DNA of 64,000 bases. Origin: Planctomycetota bacterium. Its GTDB lineage: Bacteria; Planctomycetota; UBA11346. Every line of letters starts with the position of its first letter. Position 1 is the first letter of the stretch. The notes beneath the pieces are model-generated. The model ran no database searches and was not told the DNA's origin. It saw only the letters and a program-made list of their open reading frames with translations. The DNA is taken from the NCBI GenBank assembly GCA_038213805.1, contig JBBQSO010000005.1, positions 32,001 to 96,000 of the forward strand. Reading direction: 5' to 3'. Shown piece after piece: positions 28,819-37,534 of the stretch. Made by a program: the position numbers and the translations under genes.

Positions 28819-28972
28819 GGCTGATGGCTGATGGCTGATGGCTGATGGCTCGGGGGCCAGCGTCGACAGGCGCGATCGGGGTGAAAACGTGACTGCAAAG
28901 GACATCAGAAACAGTGACCGGCTGCGCGTTTCGAGTCGTCGGCCATCAGCCATCAGCCATCAGCCATCAGCC
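28819..28972. repeat. Inverted heptamer arrays (GGCTGAT)4 ... (ATCAGCC)4
   Basis: Arrays at 28819-28846 and 28945-28972 around a ~90-bp unique spacer. Confidence 0.85.
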
Positions 28973-28976
28973 GTGA

Positions 28977-29798
28977 TCACTTCTGACATGCCCCGCACCA
29001 CGTCGTCCCCCGTCCCCCCACCACCCCCCCCGACAAGATCGTCGCGCACACCGCGCACGGCGCTCCGGCGCGTCCGTAGACCTGGAAGTTGTGCTGGAAA
29101 TAGCCGTCCTGGCCACTGGCGGCGCGGAAATCGCTGATCGTCGAGCCGCCGGCGGCAATGGCCTCGGTAAGGACGGTGCGGATGTGCCCGACCAGGCGCT
29201 CGAGGGCTGCACGTGACACCCGGCCGGCGGCACGGGAGGGGCGCAGCCCGCTCCGGAATAGCGCTTCCTGGGCGTAGATGTTGCCCACTCCAACGACCAC
29301 GCGCTGGTCCATGATCAGGGCCTTGAGCGCGACCTTCCGTCCGCGGCAGGCGGCGGCCAGATACGCGGGGGAGAAGGCCTCGGCATCGAGGGGCTCGGGG
29401 CCGAGTTCCACCAAGCGGGGGTGAGTGGACTCCGCCCCCGGAGCAATGTAGTCGAGCAGACCGAAGCGCCGCGGATCGCGGAACGCCAAGCGGCGGCCGT
29501 CGCCCAGGTGCAGGTAGCAATGGTCGTGGTCGCGCTCGTCGCCGGGCGGCGCCAGGCGCCAGGTGCCGGTCATGCCAAGGTGCGAGAGCATGGTGCCGGC
29601 AGGGGTGGCGAAGAGCAGGTACTTGGCGCGCCGGCGGATGGCGCTGAGCGCCTGGCCGGCGAGCCGGCGCGGCAGGTGGGCGGGAATGGGGGCGCGCAAA
29701 TCACGCCGGGTGAGCTGGATGCGTGCGATCACCGCGTCCGCGCCGATCAGGCGCTCCAGGCCGGCGCGCACGGTTTCGACCTCAGGCAGTTCGGGCAT
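28977..29798 (-). CDS. mutM: Formamidopyrimidine-DNA glycosylase
   Basis: N-terminal MPELPEVE, HLGMTG, DPRRFG, GVGNIYA, C-terminal CxxC...CxxCQ zinc finger. Confidence 0.95.
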   Translation of the reverse strand: MPELPEVETVRAGLERLIGADAVIARIQLTRRDLRAPIPAHLPRRLAGQALSAIRRRAKYLLFATPAGTMLSHLGMTGTWRLAPPGDERDHDHCYLHLGDGRRLAFRDPRRFGLLDYIAPGAESTHPRLVELGPEPLDAEAFSPAYLAAACRGRKVALKALIMDQRVVVGVGNIYAQEALFRSGLRPSRAAGRVSRAALERLVGHIRTVLTEAIAAGGSTISDFRAASGQDGYFQHNFQVYGRAGAPCAVCATILSGGVVGGRGTTWCGACQK

Positions 29799-29894
29799 GG
29801 TCGGGGCAGCATCGCGGCCGCTCCGGCAATGCCAGCGTAGCCCCCAGCAGATGAGGCATTTGCGCCCACCCGGGGGGATCGGGTACACTCTTCC

Positions 29895-31550
29895 ATGACC
29901 CCGCTCAGCACGGCCGTCCAGCCGCTCACCGTCGCCGAGATCGCCGATGCCCTGATGGGCGTCGAAAGCAGCGCCGCCCTGCTCGCACGGCTCGAGGACC
30001 TGCTCGCCCGGCTGGGCGCCTTGCCAGCGCGGGTCTATCTCTTCGATGCTGACAGCGGCAGCTTCTATGCCGCTGCGGGTCTGGGCTGCGCCCGGGCCGC
30101 GCCAGAGATCCCGCTGCTGCGCCCCGACGCCGCGCCCACCCATCACCATCTGCTGCGCAGCTGCGGCGAGTGGGTCGGCCTGCTTGAGATCCTCACTACC
30201 GAGCCTCATGACCGGCAGCTGGTCGCGCTGCTCGCCGCGCTGCTCGGCCCGACCCTGATCGCCGTGCACCGGCAGGCCGGGCTGATCGACGAGGTCACCC
30301 AGCTCGGCCGTGAGGTGCGCGAACTGGTCACCGCCGGTGAACTGCTGCGCCACCTCGATGTCGAGGTGCTGCTGAGCCGCATCCTGGAGACCGCGATCTT
30401 CGCGGTGCGCGCCCAGGTCGGCGCGGTGCTGATCGCGGACGAGCAGGACCGGCTCACGGTCGGCGCCGCGCTGGGGCTGAGCGAGGAGCACATCGCCGCC
30501 ATCCAGGGGCGCGACGGGCGCAGCATCGCGGCCGTGGTGCAGGACGGTGGCGTGGCGATCTGCGTGGGCGCCGACAAGGTGCGCGAGCGCCTCGATCTGA
30601 CCGCGCTCGAGGCGCAGGGGGTCAGTCTCACCGGCCTGCTGGCGCTGCCGCTGACCATCCGCGGGCGCGGGCGCGGCGTGGTGCTGCTGGCCAATCCGGA
30701 GGGCGATTTCAACGCCGGCGAGCGGCGTATCGCCGAGACCGTCTGCAGCCTGGCCGCGATCGCCCTCGACAACGCCCTGCTGGTCAAGGGCACCCTCGAC
30801 CGCGAACGCCTGCAGCGCGAACTCGACCTCGCGCACTCGGTGCAGGAGCAGATGTATCCGGACGGCGGCCTGACCCTGGGCGGGCTCACCGTCGCGGGCA
30901 GCTCGCAGCCGTGCGACGAGACCGGCGGCGATTACTATACCTATTTGACGCGCAACGGGTGCATGCTGGCGATGATCGGCGACGTCAGCGGCCACGGTCT
31001 GGGCGCGGCGCTCTACACCACCATGGCGCACGCGATCATCCAGCAGCAGCTGCGCGCGGGCGCGGCGCTGGAGCCGGCCTTCGGCGTGCTCAATGAAGGC
31101 CTGTTCCACACCCAGAGTGGACGCTTCATGACCGCCGCGTTGGTCGAGATCGAGCCGCAGACGCTGGCCCTCACCTACGTTTCAGCAGGACACAACCCGT
31201 TGCTGTGGATCCACGCCGGCGCGGTGCGCTGGCTGGAAAGCTGCGGCATGCCACTGGGCATCGTCCCGGTCGGCGACTTCCCGCCACCACCCGGCGACCG
31301 CCTCGCCCCAGGCGACATGCTGATCCTCTACACGGACGGCTTCGTCGAGGCCGCCAACGGCGCCGGCGAGGTCTATGGCGACGCGCGCTTCGCCGCAGCC
31401 GCGCTGGTCGCCTGGCGCGAGGACATGGGCCCCGCCGAGACCGTCGCACTGATCACCACCGAGGTCGACGTGTGGTCGGCAGGGCGCAAGCACGAGGATG
31501 ATCTGACCATGGTGGTGGTGCGGGTGGCGGCGCCGGCTGCTGCCGGCTGA
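29895..31550 (+). CDS. GAF-domain SpoIIE/PP2C-type phosphatase (RsbU-like)
   Basis: GAF end AAIALDNA; GGDYY, GDVSGHG, SAGHNP, YTDGFVEA, DDLT motifs. Confidence 0.88.
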   Translation: MTPLSTAVQPLTVAEIADALMGVESSAALLARLEDLLARLGALPARVYLFDADSGSFYAAAGLGCARAAPEIPLLRPDAAPTHHHLLRSCGEWVGLLEILTTEPHDRQLVALLAALLGPTLIAVHRQAGLIDEVTQLGREVRELVTAGELLRHLDVEVLLSRILETAIFAVRAQVGAVLIADEQDRLTVGAALGLSEEHIAAIQGRDGRSIAAVVQDGGVAICVGADKVRERLDLTALEAQGVSLTGLLALPLTIRGRGRGVVLLANPEGDFNAGERRIAETVCSLAAIALDNALLVKGTLDRERLQRELDLAHSVQEQMYPDGGLTLGGLTVAGSSQPCDETGGDYYTYLTRNGCMLAMIGDVSGHGLGAALYTTMAHAIIQQQLRAGAALEPAFGVLNEGLFHTQSGRFMTAALVEIEPQTLALTYVSAGHNPLLWIHAGAVRWLESCGMPLGIVPVGDFPPPPGDRLAPGDMLILYTDGFVEAANGAGEVYGDARFAAAALVAWREDMGPAETVALITTEVDVWSAGRKHEDDLTMVVVRVAAPAAAG

Positions 31551-31746
31551 GACCCTAGACCCTAGACCATAGACCTGTGATCACGAGGTGGTTCCGCTTC
31601 AGGAAAGGTGTTCGCTCCAGGTCGGTCTTCTGGTTTCGCCATGTCGGAAGATCCGGCACTGAGCCCGTGAACAAAACCCCGGGCTGCGTGTCTTCCCTAG
31701 GGTCTAGCGTCTAGGGTCTGGCCGCAGGGTCTGTCCGCAGGGTCTG
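31551..31746. repeat. Inverted heptamer arrays (GACCCTA)n ... (TAGGGTC)n
   Basis: Left array 31551-31575; right array from 31698 with degenerate CAGGGTC units to ~31746. Confidence 0.7.
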
Positions 31747-31854
31747 CCCGAAGGACCACAGTCTGACTGTCGGGCATACACGGAAGGCAGCTGGTACTTG
31801 GCCGGCGACCGTGGTACGCATAGTTCCTGCATCCGTCAGCCGGAAAGGCATCCC

Positions 31855-34680
31855 TTGGCCATCTCCATCCTGCCCGTCGTCCTGCTCCACCGCGGCCTGG
31901 TTCCCAGCCTGGTCCTGCTCGCCGCCGTGGGGCTGGTCAGGGCCGAGGACGGCGAGGTCCTGCCGCGCCTGGCGCCGACCGTCGGCGAGTACCTCAAGAG
32001 CGACTATTACGACCAGACGCGCTTCCACCCGCGCATCATGGTCGAGCGCGCGCTGCGCGCCCTCGAGACCTCCGAAGTCAGCATCGACACCGCGTGGAAG
32101 GACGACGTCATCACCCTGACCATGACGACGGTGGTGAAGCAGATCCCGGCCAAGGAACCCAAGGACATCGACGAGGCCATGGCCCTGGTCGAGGTCGTGC
32201 GCCTCGCCCTTGACGCGGCGCCGGGGCTGACCAAGGAGCGCAAGCGCGATCTGGGCTACGCGCTGGTCAACGGCACGCTCGCCGCGCTCGACCCGCACAC
32301 CGTGCTGATGCCGCCCGAGCCGGCGCGCGAGTTCAGCGAAGACATCCGTGGCGAATTCTACGGCATCGGCGCCTTCCTCAACCAGGACGAGGGCGTCATC
32401 ACCATCGAACGCGTCATGCCCGGCCTGCCCGCCGAGAAGGCCGACGTGCAGGACGGCGACATCATCCTCGGCATCGACGGCGAGAAGACCGCCGGGCTGA
32501 GCCTCGAGCAGGCGGTGCGCCGCATCAAGGGGCCCAAGGGCACCACCGTGACCTTGACCGTCGAGCGCAAGAGCTCGCCCACGCCGGTCGACATCCCGGT
32601 GACCCGCGACTTGGTCCAGGTCATCACCATGCGCGCCAAGCGCGTCGGCGACGTCGGCTACGTGCGCATGGACGAGTTCAACGCCAACACCTTCCGCTCA
32701 CTGTGCAAGGACATCCTCGACCTGCAGAAGCCGGGCCCGATGAAGGCCTTCGTCCTCGACCTGCGCTTCAACGGCGGTGGCCTGCTCGACCAGGCGCGCC
32801 TGATCAGCGACATCTTCCTGCCCAAGGGCGAAGAGATCGTGCGCACCGTGACCGCCGACGGCCAGCCGCAGATCTACAAGAGTTCGGCGCGCCAGCTGCT
32901 TGATGTGCCGATGGCGATCCTGACCTCTGGCGGCAGCGCCAGCGCGGCCGAGATCCTCAGCGGCGCCCTGCAGCGCGACGAACGCGCGGTGATCGTCGGT
33001 TCGACCACCTTCGGCAAGGGCTCGGTGCAGACCATCAAGGACCTCGGCGACGGCAGCCGGCTCAAGCTCACCATCCAGGAGTACCAGCTGCCCGGCGGCG
33101 TCTCGATCCAGGACGTCGGCGTGACCCCCGATCTGCGCCTGATCCAGCACACCGTGCGCAAGGACGGCGTCATCGACCTCGTGCCGTTCACCAACCAGCG
33201 CGAGGAAGATGATGAGTTCGCGCTGGTCAACACCCACCTTTACGAACACAGCGCCGCGCTGGAGCTCGGCTGGCTGTCGCATTTCCAGGAGCGCGAGACG
33301 CTGAAGAAGTCGGCCATCTCGGCGCGCGACTTCGTACCCGACCAGGAGGCCAGCCTGGTCGTCGACCTGGTCGGTCAGGCGGTGGCTGGCGGTGACGAGG
33401 TGGTGGCGGCGGCCGAGCAGGCGTCCAAGGTGCGCGGGCTGCGCAAGTTCCTCATCGACCAGCTCAAGGCGCCGGTCGGCGCCCGTGCCGAGATCGAATC
33501 GACCGCCCTTGCGACGGCCCTGGCGGGGCGCGCCCCGGCGGTCGCCTGGGGCCCGGCGACGCCGGTGCCCGCCGGCGCGCTGACGCTCACCTACAGCGGT
33601 CCAGCCGCGGTCACCGCTGGCGAGACTGCCAGCCTCACCTTCCAGATCGCCAACGCCGCCGGCGTCGACCTCGGCCGCCTCTACGGGGTGGTCAAGGCCG
33701 ACAAGTTCAGCCCGCTGTGGGAGGACGAGGTGGTGATCGGCATGGTGCCGCCGAAGGGCAGCGCCACCGGCACGCTCAGCTTCAAGGTCCCCCCGCGCCT
33801 CTACGGTGGCGAGGAGCGCTTCAATCTCGAACTCTACCAGGACGGGCGGTCCGAGCGGCTCGCCAGCGTGCCGGTGCGCGTGCAGATCCAGCCGGTGGCG
33901 CGCCCGCGCTTCAGCTACACCTGGCGGCTTGAGGAGCCGGGCGGCGACGGCCAGCTCAATCCGGGCGAGGCCGCGGCCCTGCAGCTGACGCTGAAGAACG
34001 ACGGCGAGGGCGCCTCGGCGAAAATCGACCTGCGCGTCTTCAAGGAGGGCGAAGACCACTTTGTGCAGCTCAGCGACACGCGCAGCAAGCTCGAGCCGCT
34101 GGCCAAGGACGGCACCGCCACCGTGAAGATCCCGCTGACGGTGAAGAAGGAATGGCTGCGCAGCGACAAGACCGTGATGCCCTTCACCGGTGATGCGATC
34201 AAGCTGCTGGTGCGCGCCGAGGAGCGCTTCGAGGAAGGCATCGACGGCCGCTACCGTGCCACCATGTTCAATACCCTGACCATCCCGGTGAACGCGCCGG
34301 TGGTCCCGCACGCCATCGCTCAGCCCGCGATGGTGCTGGTTGCGAGCACCGTCGGCGCCGACAACGCGGCCACGGTCACGGTCAAGGTCGTCGACCCGGG
34401 GCTGAAGTTCCTGACCGTCTTCCAGGACGAGGACAAGACCGCCCTGCTGCCCGCCGCCAAGCTCGGCGCCGATGGCCTGTTCACCACCACGCTCACGCTC
34501 AAGCCCGGCGCCAACTCGGTGCGCATCGTCGCCATCGACCAGGACGACGTCGACGAGGTCCTGCCCTTGCGCCTGTGGGGCGAGGGCACCAGACCTGAGA
34601 AGGCCAAGCCCGAGAAGACCGCCGCCAAGCCGGAGGCCAAGATGAAGGCCCAGGTCGACGCCAGCCCCGTCATTCCATAG
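31855..34680 (+). CDS. S41-family carboxy-terminal processing protease with PDZ and C-terminal Ig-like domains
   Basis: LDPHT, FYGIGA PDZ, DLRFNGGGLL, SASAAEI (Ser), TFGKGSVQ (Lys); TTG start after GGAAAGG inferred. Confidence 0.88.
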   Translation: MAISILPVVLLHRGLVPSLVLLAAVGLVRAEDGEVLPRLAPTVGEYLKSDYYDQTRFHPRIMVERALRALETSEVSIDTAWKDDVITLTMTTVVKQIPAKEPKDIDEAMALVEVVRLALDAAPGLTKERKRDLGYALVNGTLAALDPHTVLMPPEPAREFSEDIRGEFYGIGAFLNQDEGVITIERVMPGLPAEKADVQDGDIILGIDGEKTAGLSLEQAVRRIKGPKGTTVTLTVERKSSPTPVDIPVTRDLVQVITMRAKRVGDVGYVRMDEFNANTFRSLCKDILDLQKPGPMKAFVLDLRFNGGGLLDQARLISDIFLPKGEEIVRTVTADGQPQIYKSSARQLLDVPMAILTSGGSASAAEILSGALQRDERAVIVGSTTFGKGSVQTIKDLGDGSRLKLTIQEYQLPGGVSIQDVGVTPDLRLIQHTVRKDGVIDLVPFTNQREEDDEFALVNTHLYEHSAALELGWLSHFQERETLKKSAISARDFVPDQEASLVVDLVGQAVAGGDEVVAAAEQASKVRGLRKFLIDQLKAPVGARAEIESTALATALAGRAPAVAWGPATPVPAGALTLTYSGPAAVTAGETASLTFQIANAAGVDLGRLYGVVKADKFSPLWEDEVVIGMVPPKGSATGTLSFKVPPRLYGGEERFNLELYQDGRSERLASVPVRVQIQPVARPRFSYTWRLEEPGGDGQLNPGEAAALQLTLKNDGEGASAKIDLRVFKEGEDHFVQLSDTRSKLEPLAKDGTATVKIPLTVKKEWLRSDKTVMPFTGDAIKLLVRAEERFEEGIDGRYRATMFNTLTIPVNAPVVPHAIAQPAMVLVASTVGADNAATVTVKVVDPGLKFLTVFQDEDKTALLPAAKLGADGLFTTTLTLKPGANSVRIVAIDQDDVDEVLPLRLWGEGTRPEKAKPEKTAAKPEAKMKAQVDASPVIP

Positions 34681-34854
34681 GAATTTTGGCTGCGGCGGGG
34701 CCAATGTGTCTCGGGCTGCGACGTGCGGAGTACGGGTTTCGCGGGCATGGCCACTTCGAAGTGGGGGATGTCCGAGATCTTTTCGTCATAGACCCGCTAC
34801 CTTGACGCACTCCGCACTTCCCCGCCACCCTTGTCATATTCTGATCCTGAAACC

Positions 34855-35832
34855 ATGCCCAACCGCCCCCGTCGCAACCGCATCTCCGCCGGCATCCGTG
34901 GCCTGGTGCGCGAGACGCGACTTTCCGCTCAGCACCTGGTGCTGCCGCTGTTCGTCCAGGAAGGTCCGCAGAGCGCGATGCCGATCGCGTCGATGCCGGG
35001 CTGCTCGCGACTGGGGATCGAGCGTATCGTCGCGATCGCGCGCGAGGCGTTGGCGCTGGGCGTGCCCGCAGTAGCGCTGTTCCCGGCGCTGGACGACGCA
35101 TGTAAGAGCCCGCGCGCCGACGAGAGCGTGAATCCCGAGGGCCTGCTGCAGCGCGCCGTGCGCGCGCTCAAGACCGCCCTGCCGCAGCTGGTGGTGATCA
35201 CCGATGTGGCCATGGATCCCTACTCCAGCGATGGTCACGATGGGCTGGTGCGCGGCGACGAGATCGTCAACGACGAGACCCTGCCAATCCTTGCCGCCAT
35301 GGCCGTCGCCCAGGCGCGCGCCGGCGCCGACGTGGTCGCGCCGTCCGACATGATGGATGGGCGCGTGGGCGCCATCCGCGCGGCCCTCGACGCGGCCGGC
35401 TTCACCGGTACCGGCATCTGCAGCTATTGCGTGAAGTACGCTTCCGCCTTCTACGGCCCGTTCCGCGACGCCCTCGATTCCGCGCCGCGCGCCGGCGACA
35501 AGAAGACCTACCAGATGGACCCCGCCAACGTGCGCGAGGCGCTGCGCGAGGTCGCCCTGGACGAGGCCGAAGGCGCTGACTGGCTGATGGTCAAACCCGG
35601 CCTGCCCTACCTGGACGTGGTGCGCGCGGTGCGCGAAGCGACCGCCCTGCCGGTCGCCGTCTACCACGTCAGCGGCGAGTATGCGATGCTCAAGGCCGCC
35701 GCCGCCAACGGCTGGCTCGACTATGAGCGCTGCCTGCTCGAGAGCCTGCTCGCCATGCGCCGCGCTGGCGCGGACCTGATCTTCACCTACGGCGCGCTGG
35801 ACGCGGCGCGCGCTCTGGCACGGGTTCCCTAG
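34855..35832 (+). CDS. hemB: Porphobilinogen synthase (Asp-rich, non-zinc type)
   Basis: RPRRNR, DVAMDPYSSDGHDG, PSDMMDGR, YGPFRDA, YQMDP, MVKPG, VSGEYAM. Confidence 0.96.
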   Translation: MPNRPRRNRISAGIRGLVRETRLSAQHLVLPLFVQEGPQSAMPIASMPGCSRLGIERIVAIAREALALGVPAVALFPALDDACKSPRADESVNPEGLLQRAVRALKTALPQLVVITDVAMDPYSSDGHDGLVRGDEIVNDETLPILAAMAVAQARAGADVVAPSDMMDGRVGAIRAALDAAGFTGTGICSYCVKYASAFYGPFRDALDSAPRAGDKKTYQMDPANVREALREVALDEAEGADWLMVKPGLPYLDVVRAVREATALPVAVYHVSGEYAMLKAAAANGWLDYERCLLESLLAMRRAGADLIFTYGALDAARALARVP

Positions 35833-35870
35833 CGGCGCCACGTCAGGCGATCAAGGCGAAACGGATCACC

Positions 35871-36836
35871 ATGCCCACGATCGGCGCATCTTCCCTCATG
35901 GCGTTTCCGCTGGCCCTGGGCGGCAACACCTTCGGCTGGACTTCCGACCGGGCGACCTCGTTTCGGGTGCTCGATGCCTTCGTCGCGGGCGGCGGCAACC
36001 TGATCGACACCGCTGACGCCTATTCTGCATGGGCCCCGGGCAACCACGGTGGCGAATCCGAAACCATAATTGGCGCCTGGCTGGCAGAGCGGATGAACCG
36101 CGCGCGCGTCATCATCGCCACCAAAGTCAGCCAGCACCCGCAATTCCGCGGCCTGGGCGCAGCGAACATCGCCGCCGCGGCCGATGCCTCGCTCGTGAGA
36201 CTGTGCACTGACACGATCGATCTGTATTACGCCCACTTCGATGACGCGGCCACGCCGCTCGAAGAGACCGTGCTCGCCTTCGCCGCCCTGGTGCGCGTCG
36301 GCAAGGTGCGCCACGTCGGCATCTCGAACTACAGCGCGGCGCGCATCCGCGAATGGATCGCCATCGCCACGCGCCATGGGCTGGACCTGCCGATCGCGCT
36401 GCAGCCGCACTACAACCTGGTGTTCCGGCAACCGTATGAGCGCGACCTGGCACCACTCGCCGCGGCGCATGGCTTCGGGGTTTTCCCGTATTTCGCGCTC
36501 GCCAGCGGCTTTCTTACCGGCAAGTATCGCACCCAGGGCGACCTCGCAGGCGCGGCGCGCGAGCGCCAGGCTGGCCGCTATTTCAGCCCCGCTGGCCTGG
36601 CCGTGGTCGACGCTGTGGGCAAGGTCGCGGCGGCGCGCGGCGTTTCTCACGCCACCGTCGCCCTCGCCTGGCTGCTCGCCAAGCCCGGCATCACTGCACC
36701 GCTCGCCAGCGCACGCACGCCCGAGCAGCTCGTGGAGCTGTTCGCGGCCACTCGTCTGGAACTTGGCGCGGCCGAAGTCGCCGCACTGGATGCGGTCTCT
36801 GGGCTCATTCCCGAGGCGGCAAAGCAGGGAGCCTGA
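35871..36836 (+). CDS. Aldo/keto reductase
   Basis: LGGNTFGW, IDTADAY, GESETIIG, ATKV, GKVRHVGISN, LASGFLTGKY. Confidence 0.9.
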   Translation: MPTIGASSLMAFPLALGGNTFGWTSDRATSFRVLDAFVAGGGNLIDTADAYSAWAPGNHGGESETIIGAWLAERMNRARVIIATKVSQHPQFRGLGAANIAAAADASLVRLCTDTIDLYYAHFDDAATPLEETVLAFAALVRVGKVRHVGISNYSAARIREWIAIATRHGLDLPIALQPHYNLVFRQPYERDLAPLAAAHGFGVFPYFALASGFLTGKYRTQGDLAGAARERQAGRYFSPAGLAVVDAVGKVAAARGVSHATVALAWLLAKPGITAPLASARTPEQLVELFAATRLELGAAEVAALDAVSGLIPEAAKQGA

Positions 36837-36898
36837 TCCGAAAGCTCACCAGTTCGTGCGCGCACCCTGGCCGGGCTCACCGATGATCGGTGCGAGGA

Positions 36899-37273
36899 TC
36901 ACCCGGTCGCCGGGTGCGGCCCCGGCAGGGTCGACAAGGTTATTCGTTCGACGCTGCCGTCGGCCGTGGTGATGGTGATGACCGCGCCATCGCGGGTGAC
37001 GACCGGTGGCTTCCCGCCACGCAATAACGGTGAGATGACGATCGTCACCGACGTGGTGATGAACCACACGCGGGCGCAGTGCCGACCGTCGACGGTCACC
37101 GTCTCGATCTGGATGGGCCGCGGCGCGTCCACGCCGGCGCTGGTCGCCACTGAGGCGGGCAGGACGGCCTCTGGAGCGAAGTCCATGGAGACCAGCTCCC
37201 ACCGCCACGCCTGCCCGAGGGGCTTGGTGATAAGGCGGGTCTCGGCGGCGGCGGGCGTCTGGAAGGTCGGCAA
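36899..37273 (-). pseudogene. Possible gene fragment or small hypothetical protein
   Basis: Beta-strand-rich protein-like frame that extends upstream to a stop with no ATG or RBS; looks like an orphan C-terminal fragment. Confidence 0.3.
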
Positions 37274-37534
37274 GGCACCCAGGAGGGTGGCGGCGTCGAG
37301 CGCGGTGCGCTGGCGGAAGGAGATTACTGCTCCTGCATGACGGCGTGCTGTCAGGGAGTCGGCAGTTGCCAGTGATCCAGGCAGCCATTCACCTCCGGCG
37401 GCCGGCGCGTGTCAGGTTGCTGGCCACGAGTAGCGACCCACGGCCCCGCAAACCCTTCACCTGGCGCGCGTTCCCCATTCCACGGACTCCACTTCCCCCT
37501 TGCCCCTCATCCGGGTTGGTCCCATGACGGGGCC

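Noticed and set aside
28977..31109. 710-aa ORF suggesting a long N-terminal fusion to MutM
   Set aside because: MutM needs an N-terminal Pro (MPELPEVE at 29798). The extension is the antisense shadow of the SpoIIE phosphatase.
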